Origin: Candidatus Woesebacteria bacterium UBA1430
GTDB lineage: Bacteria > Patescibacteriota > Microgenomatia > UBA8517
Direction: 5' to 3'
Assembly (NCBI GenBank): GCA_002329465.1
Contig: DCTW01000004.1
Coordinates: forward strand, 2,933-66,932
Length of the DNA stretch: 64,000 bases
The first letter of the stretch is position 1. The number at the start of each line of letters is the position of its first letter. Of the stretch, positions 10,126 to 16,609 are shown piece by piece. The position numbers and the translations under genes are program-made. The notes beneath the pieces are model-generated. The model had not been told where the DNA came from, did not search any database, and saw only the letters and a program-made list of their open reading frames with translations.

Positions 10126-12246
10126 TCATTCATTAAGTGTGCTAAACTCATGGTATGCATCATAAACATAATTTTTGTTCTGGCTCATTACTTCAAAATA
10201 ATATTTAGTTCCCGGCTCAAGGCCGTCTATCTTAAACTCATGGCGCCGGGCTCGCTCCTGGGAAATCACGTCTTGCCCGTAAGACAAATCTCTGCCATAA
10301 TTGATCTTATTGTTTTTTGTATAATGATTCGTCTCCCAAGTGATAACCACATAATCACGGCCCACCTCGGCCACCTTTACGCTTGAAATGACAGTTGGAT
10401 CTTCATCAAAAAGAATCTCGGCAATAGATGAAATCTTAACCTGCTGTCTATAAACAAATTGCCCCGCCGAATCAACCATTGGACTAAAATAACCGACAAC
10501 TCCCCAGCCAGTACTTGCAATAAGATCTGTCGTTGAATTAAATACGGAAGCTATCGCAGTGCCCGACCTTCCAAGCGCATTATTAAACGCCAACATTGCC
10601 CTGCCAACGACTCCCGGAGCTTTTTGCGTCAAAGAATTATAAGTACCGGCTAGAGTCTGCCCCGTCGCACTAATCTGCCTGCCGACAAACGCAAGCGATC
10701 TTTCATTTGCCTCGTGGACAAATCCACTATACCCCTTCCAAACCTGGGCAATAAAAGTAATACCTGACTTTGTAGTACCGACAATTCTCCAGTACACTCT
10801 GTTTACAAAACCACCAAGTTTGGCTAAAAAACCTTCCCCATCTTCAATTTCTTCAGGAATAGAAACTACCAAATCCTCCGCCTCTTTCTCACTTATCTTC
10901 TCTTTCTCTTTCTCAATTCCAATATCGGCCGTATCTTCCTCCTCTTTTTCTATAATTTCTCTGATTTTTTCTTCACCGACAATTTCCAAATTAAAAAATA
11001 TTTCGCTGCCCATATTTCCCGCCGAATCTTTACCCTTCAGACTAATCCTATATTTTCCTCTTGCAAAGTTTTCAGCCGGAGAAAAAGAAAAATCAGAATA
11101 TTTTGCATAAAGCTGTTTGCCGTTATCAATTATCTCCTCGTGCGTCTCAAGCCAGAACGACTTTGGAGTCTTTATATTTACCAAACTATGAATCTCATAT
11201 AAACCCGAAAAATTCTGTTTCTCGATTTTTATCTCAATTTCATTAGGGCCGGAGGCAACTTTGTTTTCATCTTTGTCTCCCGCCAAGTAGTCAATCAATC
11301 TTCCGGAAATAACAGGTCTTACATCGGGTGTTGCCAAGTTCGACGTATAACTTTTCTGGTTTACATACAATTCACCAATCGTTGGGGCTGTTAAGTCCAC
11401 AAAAAGCGTTCTTGTCTCAACCCGCTCATTACCATTTGAATCCTTAGCCTTAACTTTCCAAATGCGTTTTCCCTCCTTAAGCTCCCCGTCATTATTTTCT
11501 TGTACCCACTCGCTCGAAGAATGCGTATAAACGCTTATATAATTATTGTCTGTATCACTATCGGAAAACCCGCTGTATTTTGCCGTATATTTGGCAGTAA
11601 CCCAATCCTCCGTTCTCTCTGCCGGAATATTAGCAATCGAAAAATCACCACTGTCGCCGTTATCAACCTCCAGGCTATAAGAAGCAATATTAGTTAGTTC
11701 ATCACTCGTCGTCTTCCATCTATAAGTAGGTCGAGTATTTGTAGTATAAGTATCTCCCCCGGGGCTATCTAGAGAAAATCCCAATGGGGCAACCGTATCA
11801 AGTGTTATGCTATTTGTGTTCACACCAGGTTCAGAAAAATCAATCCACCCCAAGTCTTGAGAGAAAACATAACCACTAAAAACACCGCTACTTATATTAG
11901 CAGACACATTGGAATTATAATTTGTAAAATCCAAAATCCCGCTCGTTGCGGAAATCTCAGCGCTCCCGCTAACAACTCCACTCGCTAAATCAATAGTCAC
12001 CCCGCTAAAATCCACCCAGCCGATATCTTCTAAGAACGCGTAGCCGGAAAAATTCCCACCCTCGTTATCAACAGTCACGTTTGAATTGTAATTAGTAAAA
12101 TCAAGAAAGCCGTCTGTATTTATCACTCTTGCACGCCCCTTTACAGAAACCGAAGCCGCTGAAACAAAACCTACACTAACCACAAAAATAACGATCTCTA
12201 TTACTAAAGCAGTTAAAACCTTTTTCATTGCAACAAATCTATCCAC
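10126..12246 (-). CDS. Large secreted/membrane protein with duplicated N-terminal repeat, Ig-like domains and a C-terminal FN3-like domain
   Basis: Signal peptide; repeat G.LDFTNYNSNV...FSGY.F..D.GW.DFS x2; AKDSNGN/GKDSAGN Ig-like motifs; VITWET...GLEPGTKYYFEV FN3-like. Confidence 0.7.
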   Translation of the reverse strand: MDRFVAMKKVLTALVIEIVIFVVSVGFVSAASVSVKGRARVINTDGFLDFTNYNSNVTVDNEGGNFSGYAFLEDIGWVDFSGVTIDLASGVVSGSAEISATSGILDFTNYNSNVSANISSGVFSGYVFSQDLGWIDFSEPGVNTNSITLDTVAPLGFSLDSPGGDTYTTNTRPTYRWKTTSDELTNIASYSLEVDNGDSGDFSIANIPAERTEDWVTAKYTAKYSGFSDSDTDNNYISVYTHSSSEWVQENNDGELKEGKRIWKVKAKDSNGNERVETRTLFVDLTAPTIGELYVNQKSYTSNLATPDVRPVISGRLIDYLAGDKDENKVASGPNEIEIKIEKQNFSGLYEIHSLVNIKTPKSFWLETHEEIIDNGKQLYAKYSDFSFSPAENFARGKYRISLKGKDSAGNMGSEIFFNLEIVGEEKIREIIEKEEEDTADIGIEKEKEKISEKEAEDLVVSIPEEIEDGEGFLAKLGGFVNRVYWRIVGTTKSGITFIAQVWKGYSGFVHEANERSLAFVGRQISATGQTLAGTYNSLTQKAPGVVGRAMLAFNNALGRSGTAIASVFNSTTDLIASTGWGVVGYFSPMVDSAGQFVYRQQVKISSIAEILFDEDPTVISSVKVAEVGRDYVVITWETNHYTKNNKINYGRDLSYGQDVISQERARRHEFKIDGLEPGTKYYFEVMSQNKNYVYDAYHEFSTLNE

Positions 12247-12341
12247 CGTTCATCTCTTTACCATAACACATAATTTTACCCTTTTACAAATTATGTATAT
12301 ATTGATCCTTGAAAATAATTAACCAAAAAGTAAAATGAATT

Positions 12342-12656
12342 ATGGCAATAACAGATAAGGACATAAAAAAACTTAAAACCATTTTTGCTACTAAAGATGA
12401 TCTAAAAAGATTTGCTACTAAAGATGATCTAAAAAGATTTGCTACTAAAGATGATCTTGAAGACATAAAAGAAGAAATCAGACAAGAATTTCAGTTCTGG
12501 AGAAGCGAATTTTACGACAGAATTGATCCCATACTCAAAGAAGTCCAAGCAAGCCGAGAGGAACGAGTAATAATAAACCATCGTCTAGAAAAACACGACA
12601 ATATGCTTAAAAACCATCAAATACGTCTTCATCGCCTCGAGACGTCAAAGCCATAA
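12342..12656 (+). CDS. Small coiled-coil protein with three FATKDDL repeats
   Basis: 104 aa ORF; FATKDDLKR repeats then heptad pattern; TAAAAT just upstream of ATG. Confidence 0.75.
   Translation: MAITDKDIKKLKTIFATKDDLKRFATKDDLKRFATKDDLEDIKEEIRQEFQFWRSEFYDRIDPILKEVQASREERVIINHRLEKHDNMLKNHQIRLHRLETSKP
12384..12457 (+). repeat. 27-bp in-frame tandem repeat, about 2.7 copies (TTTGCTACTAAAGATGATCTAAAAAGA)
   Basis: Exact copies at 12384-12410 and 12411-12437, partial at 12438-12457. Confidence 0.95.
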
Positions 12657-12663
12657 GTCAAAA

Positions 12664-12831
12664 ATGTCAATAACCACTCCAGTAAATACACACACTACCA
12701 CAAACGAGTATATTTACAATGCCCAAGTTGTGCTGGCTGCTTGTCTTGCCTGCCTCCGACATAAAAGAACCACCATCAACGCTCTCGTCGAATTTAAACT
12801 AAATCTTGAAAGCAACTTGCTCACACTTTGA
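12664..12831 (+). pseudogene. Remnant 5' end of a second DGR reverse transcriptase
   Basis: Homologous to 14745-14880; encodes LPQTSIFTMPKL then, after a frameshift, ...RHKRTTINALVEFKLNLESNL* versus RKRKRNTINALKFEQNLEKNL in the intact RT. Confidence 0.85.
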
Positions 12832-12847
12832 CCGGCTTCCTGCTCCT

Positions 12848-12912
12848 GAAGAAATAGGTAAATGCTTAGTGGCTAATTAAGGTAGGCTCGTAACCAAGTT
12901 TCTAAAACATAA
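12848..12912 (+). pseudogene. Remnant 3' end of a second avd gene
   Basis: Aligns to 16197-16262; GGCTCGTAACCAAGTTTCTAAAACAT identical; two Trp codons converted to stops. Confidence 0.85.
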
Positions 12913-12970
12913 GTCTCGGCGAACGCAACATGCATAGCGGCTCCCTGAATCCTTAGTATTGTTGTTCGTG
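12912..12970 (-). repeat. Truncated second template repeat (TR2, 3' part only)
   Basis: Minus strand reads TNNNTKDSGSRYACCVRRD versus TNNNTKDSASRYARCIRRD in TR1; same position relative to the avd stop. Confidence 0.85.
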
Positions 12971-12976
12971 AAAGCG

Positions 12977-13098
12977 AAACAGACTAATTTTTAAAAACTA
13001 TCTTCATCTCCCATTACCCCATTAGATAATACTCAAAACAAGATCAAATCTATCATTCAAGTACTATCTAACGGGGTTGAAAAGATAAAATCTTAGGC
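12977..13098 (-). repeat. Second copy of the structured region upstream of TR, with an extended hairpin
   Basis: AAACAGACTAATTTTTAAAAACTATCTTCATCTCCCATT and GGGGTTGAAAAGATAAAATCTTAGGCT match 16485-16558; about 50 extra nt between CCCC and GGGG. Confidence 0.85.
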
Positions 13099-13142
13099 TT
13101 TTTCAGTGTAGCATATAAAACAACTGATTGGTATAATTTAAT

Positions 13143-13394
13143 ATGCTGCAAAAAATCATTAAACAAAAACCTTACTTGGCCTGGGATATCAAAAATGCGG
13201 GTAATTTATCTGACGAAAGCTCACTGGAGCACATCTTGGCTTATGGCGACTGGGACGATATTCAAGAGGCAGAAAAACTCATTGGGATTTCTGAAATGAA
13301 GAGTTTATTTGAAAAACTTATCCAGAAAAAGAGAAAAAACCTTAAACCGCGTACGATCTTATATTTTCAAAATTACTTTGCCAAATATGCATGA
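13143..13394 (+). CDS. Small putative antitoxin partner of the AbiEii-like nucleotidyltransferase
   Basis: 83 aa, PYLAWD...ILAYGDWDD; stop overlaps next start (ATGCATGA); TATAAT just upstream. Confidence 0.7.
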   Translation: MLQKIIKQKPYLAWDIKNAGNLSDESSLEHILAYGDWDDIQEAEKLIGISEMKSLFEKLIQKKRKNLKPRTILYFQNYFAKYA

Positions 13395-14004
13395 ATCTGT
13401 TTTATCAGATCAACAAAAAAAACTTCTGTCTTTAATTCGTAAATTTTCACCTGAATTTGGTTTGGTTGGAGGAACTGCAATTGCACTTCAAATCGGACAT
13501 AGAAAATCTATAGATTTTGATCTAGCTAAAACTGGCGAAATTAAAAACGACACAATAGCTGATACCATCCGCCAGTTTACACCAATAGAGCACACGCTGA
13601 TCGATGAACCAAACGAACTTACAGTTGTTGCCAACTCTGTTAAGCTGACTTTCTTCAAATATCCCTTTAAAATCAAATTTCAAAAACAGTTTAAACAATA
13701 TATTTCTATGCCGGATTTACTTACGCTTGGTTCCATGAAAGCGTACGCCTTAGGCAGGAGGGCAAAATGGAAAGATTATGTTGATTTATTTTTTATTTTG
13801 AAAAAGTATTCGTTATCAGATTTAGTTAAAAACACTAAAAATATTTTTAAAAACGAGTTTAATGAAAAATTTTTTAGAGAACAGCTTTCTTATTTCAAAG
13901 ATATAGATTACTCAGAACAGATTGATTATGTACAGGGTTATAAAGTAGAGAACAACCTTATTAAAAATAATCTAACTCATTTAAGTCTTCAAAAAACTCT
14001 ATAA
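13387..14004 (+). CDS. AbiEii/AbiGii-family nucleotidyltransferase (type IV TA toxin-like)
   Basis: LVGGTAIALQIGHRKSIDFD and MKAYALGRRAKWKDYVDL motifs; start reassigned to ATG 13387. Confidence 0.88.
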   Translation: MHESVLSDQQKKLLSLIRKFSPEFGLVGGTAIALQIGHRKSIDFDLAKTGEIKNDTIADTIRQFTPIEHTLIDEPNELTVVANSVKLTFFKYPFKIKFQKQFKQYISMPDLLTLGSMKAYALGRRAKWKDYVDLFFILKKYSLSDLVKNTKNIFKNEFNEKFFREQLSYFKDIDYSEQIDYVQGYKVENNLIKNNLTHLSLQKTL

Positions 14005-14009
14005 TTTAT

Positions 14010-14269
14010 CTAATAAACATCCTCATGTTTACCGATATGATAGATAAACTATTTCACGCTTAAACACGAGCAGAATTCGGATGCTTCTGTCTACAGATAT
14101 CGACCAGTATTCCTCGCCCCCCAGCTTGTGAAGCCTCAGAAACGGATGTTTGGGATTTTTAGTTATAAGATCAAGCTGCTTAATAACTTTCTTCTTTAAT
14201 GAAGTATTGCCTTTAGTGATTTTTACAAACTCTCGTTCAAAACTTTCTGTAAGCCGTAACTTAATGCAT
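14010..14269 (-). pseudogene. RelE/YafQ-like mRNA interferase toxin, disrupted
   Basis: Hand-translated IKLRLTESFEREFVK...NPKHPFLRLHKLGGEEYWSISVDRSIRILL; ATG 14269 is one base out of frame; C-terminal HIGKHEDVY* lies in another frame after a shift near 14040. Confidence 0.8.
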
Positions 14270-14271
14270 GC

Positions 14272-14538
14272 TTATCTCTCTAGAAGGTACTCTTTCAACT
14301 CTTTGATGTTTGTAAATTCGACGTATTTTTTTTCTTTGATTTCGCGTTTGGCATTATCCAAAAGCACCCCGTCTCTTGAAATAGAAGAAATAGCCTCAGA
14401 ACGAGAAAAATAGGTCGCCAATAGCATGCGGATAAAATCCTGCAGGGAAATACCAATTCTATCGGCTTCTTTTGCACTATTTTGCAATATACCCTCAGGG
14501 AGATTTATCTTTACTGTTGTTGAGCTTGGTTTACTCAT
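14272..14538 (-). CDS. Ribbon-helix-helix-type antitoxin
   Basis: VKINLPE...KEADRIGISLQDFIRMLL RHH pattern; C-terminal EFTNIKELKEYL; directly upstream of RelE-like gene. Confidence 0.75.
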   Translation of the reverse strand: MSKPSSTTVKINLPEGILQNSAKEADRIGISLQDFIRMLLATYFSRSEAISSISRDGVLLDNAKREIKEKKYVEFTNIKELKEYLLER

Positions 14539-14573
14539 AGTACCAATATGGTACTAGTTGATACCATTGTCAA
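14538..14573 (-). promoter_or_regulatory. Sigma70 promoter (TTGACA-17 bp-CATATT) overlapped by an 8-bp inverted-repeat operator
   Basis: -35 at 14573-14568, -10 at 14550-14545; TAGTACCA-ATA-TGGTACTA at 14538-14556. Confidence 0.7.
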
Positions 14574-14617
14574 GTAACAAAGATATTGTGGGAAATACTA
14601 AATTTTAAATTACTCCC

Positions 14618-14634
14618 GTCCGCCTCTGGCGGAC
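14618..14634. other. Perfect GC-rich hairpin GTCCGCC-TCT-GGCGGAC, 10 nt downstream of the VR2 stub stop codon
   Basis: 7-bp stem, 3-nt loop. Confidence 0.7.
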
Positions 14635-14644
14635 AAATTCTATT

Positions 14645-14680
14645 TTAGTCTCGGCGAACGCAACACGCGTAACGACCAAT
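14645..14680 (-). pseudogene. 3' stub of a second DGR target gene (end of VR2)
   Basis: Encodes IGRYACCVRRD*; matches the TR2 end (TGTTGCGTTCGCCGAGACT); flank AAATTCTATTTTAGTCTCGGCGAA identical to 16600-16623. Confidence 0.82.
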
Positions 14681-14685
14681 ATTTT

Positions 14686-14704
14686 TGTTACAATAAATAA
14701 AATG
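14686..14704 (+). promoter_or_regulatory. Extended -10 (TGnTACAAT) 7 nt upstream of ATG 14702; probable leaderless start of RT
   Basis: TG 14686-87, TACAAT 14689-94, ATG 14702-04. Confidence 0.6.
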
Positions 14705-14730
14705 CAAACACACTCGGGTAAGGAATATCC

Positions 14731-14752
14731 ACACACACACACACACACACAC
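14731..14752 (+). repeat. (AC)11 dinucleotide microsatellite in the RT 5' region
   Basis: Directly visible; the only long dinucleotide tract noticed in the window. Confidence 0.97.
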
Positions 14753-14775
14753 TACCACAAACCAGCATATTTACA

Positions 14776-15900
14776 ATGCCCAAGTTGCTCTCTGCCTATA
14801 TCTCCTGCAGAAAGCGCAAACGAAACACCATAAATGCTCTTAAATTCGAACAAAACCTGGAAAAAAATTTAGTCGAACTTCAGCAAAAGCTTATAAATAA
14901 AACCTACTGTCCCAGTACTTCAATCTGCTTTGCCGTGACCAAGCCCAAGCTACGGGAAATCTTTGCCGCTGATTTTACGGACAGAGTTGTCCATCACCTC
15001 CTGGTAAAAGAAATAGAAGACTATTTTGAACGCCGATTTATTTACCACTCCTATGCTTGTCGAACAAAAAAGGGTACTCACTTAGCAGCAAAAAACCTAC
15101 AAAGGGCTATATTGAAAGTTACTCGTAACCAAACACAGCCTGCATATTTTGGTCAGTTTGACGTTAAAAGCTTTTTCACCTCCATCGATAAACCTATCTT
15201 ATTTAATATGCTTTCCCAAGAAATTCAAAAAATGAAAAAGCAAAAGCTTTGGCAACAAGAAATAAATTATTTGCTTCAAACCATTATTTTTCATAACCCA
15301 GCCGATAACTACAAAACGAAGGGGAATCTAAACCTATTTGATCGCATTCCCCCGCACAAATCTCTTTTCTATGCCGATAAGACCAAAGGTCTGCCCATCG
15401 GCAACTTAACATCACAGTTTTTCGCCAATGTCTATCTTAACCATCTCGATCAGTACATCAAGCACAAATTAAAAGTAAAGTTTTACTTGAGATACGCCGA
15501 TGACTTTGTGGTTTTATGCCAAGATAAATCTCAAATTTATAAATGGCGCGAGCAGATTAATTTCTTTTTACAAGAAAAGCTAAAACTAAAACTTCACCCA
15601 CAAAAGGATAAATACGGCTCCGTTTACCAAGGTATCGATTTTGTCGGCTATTTTGTAAAACCGGATTATATGCTTTGTCGCAAACGAATTGTCAACGCCT
15701 TGAAACAAAAGCTCTATTATTTCAATCAGAACGAAAATGCCGACCCCAAAATCATGATACAAACAGTCAACTCATATTTCGGCCATTTTAGACAAGGCGA
15801 TTGCTTCCAGCTCCGACAAAATATCTACCATCGCCGTGCCCAGAAACTAAAAAAATACGCCAAGCCAGCGCCTAAATATACCCATCTGACACTTCGGTGA
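14776..15900 (+). CDS. DGR reverse transcriptase (true start probably ATG 14702, currently frameshifted by the AC tract)
   Basis: KLREIFAADFTDRVVHH, FDVKSFF, GLPIGNLTSQFFANVYL (DGR-type SQ motif), RYADD, GIDFVGY; adjacent avd and TR/VR. Confidence 0.96.
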   Translation: MPKLLSAYISCRKRKRNTINALKFEQNLEKNLVELQQKLINKTYCPSTSICFAVTKPKLREIFAADFTDRVVHHLLVKEIEDYFERRFIYHSYACRTKKGTHLAAKNLQRAILKVTRNQTQPAYFGQFDVKSFFTSIDKPILFNMLSQEIQKMKKQKLWQQEINYLLQTIIFHNPADNYKTKGNLNLFDRIPPHKSLFYADKTKGLPIGNLTSQFFANVYLNHLDQYIKHKLKVKFYLRYADDFVVLCQDKSQIYKWREQINFFLQEKLKLKLHPQKDKYGSVYQGIDFVGYFVKPDYMLCRKRIVNALKQKLYYFNQNENADPKIMIQTVNSYFGHFRQGDCFQLRQNIYHRRAQKLKKYAKPAPKYTHLTLR

Positions 15901-16262
15901 ACAAAATCTCAAACCTACCGCTCTATCTAAAACTTTACAAACTTATTTTGTATTTGTATCAGTTAACAGGCAATCTTCCACGCACTTATAAATACACCCT
16001 CGGACAGAATATTCTGGATTTGGCCTGGCAAACTCTAGACCATATAATTTTAGCCAATAGCCTGCCTAACAACAAAAAGACAACGCAGATCATCAAAGCC
16101 TCAGCCAACTTTGACCAGCTAAAAACCCGCCTTCGCATGGCACACGAGCTTAAGCTTATTTCCCATAAACAACAAGCCCGCCTAATCGTCCAGAATGAAG
16201 AGATTGGTAAAATGCTCTCCGGCTGGCTAAGGTGGGCTCGTAACCAAGTTTCTAAAACATGA
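15897..16262 (+). CDS. avd: Accessory variability determinant (Avd, four-helix bundle)
   Basis: 121 aa, basic; LPRTYKYTLGQ, LRMAHELKLIS, EIGKMLSGW motifs; GTGA overlap with RT stop. Confidence 0.92.
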   Translation: MNKISNLPLYLKLYKLILYLYQLTGNLPRTYKYTLGQNILDLAWQTLDHIILANSLPNNKKTTQIIKASANFDQLKTRLRMAHELKLISHKQQARLIVQNEEIGKMLSGWLRWARNQVSKT

Positions 16263-16400
16263 GTCTCGGCGAATACATCGAGCATACCTGGAGGCCGAAT
16301 CCTTAGTGTTGTTGTTCGTGTTGCCGTTGTTCAGGTTCACGTTCCAGGCATTGCTCTGGCTATTATAGTTCTCCGTACTGGACCAATGGTTGGCAGCATC
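16262..16400 (-). ncRNA. DGR template repeat (TR)
   Basis: 139 nt matching VR at +350 offset; 12 AAY codons; all 15 mismatches at TR adenines on the minus strand. Confidence 0.95.
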
Positions 16401-16609
16401 TTTTCACCAACTTCTTCTCTAATCTACAACAAGCTGGTTTTTACAAAAAAGCTTGTTTGGTTTTAATGCCTTTAAGGCGTGGTAAAACAGACTAATTTTT
16501 AAAAACTATCTTCATCTCCCATTGCCCCTTTGGGGTTGAAAAGATAAAATCTTAGGCTACTTCTAGCATAGCGTCAAAATTATAAAAAATAAATAGTTTA
16601 AATTCTATT

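Noticed and set aside
12384..12457. Possible mini CRISPR array
   Set aside because: Repeats are contiguous with no spacers, in frame within an ORF, and no cas genes are present.
12664..12831. 55-aa ORF as a functional peptide
   Set aside because: It is the RT2 remnant with two offsetting frameshifts; no evidence of function.
14776..15900. Group II intron or retron reading of the RT
   Set aside because: SQ motif, adjacent avd and an adenine-specific TR/VR pair identify a DGR; no intron or msr/msd features seen.
15986..16285. 99-aa minus-strand ORF antisense to avd
   Set aside because: Shadow ORF with no recognisable motif; avd explains the coding signal.
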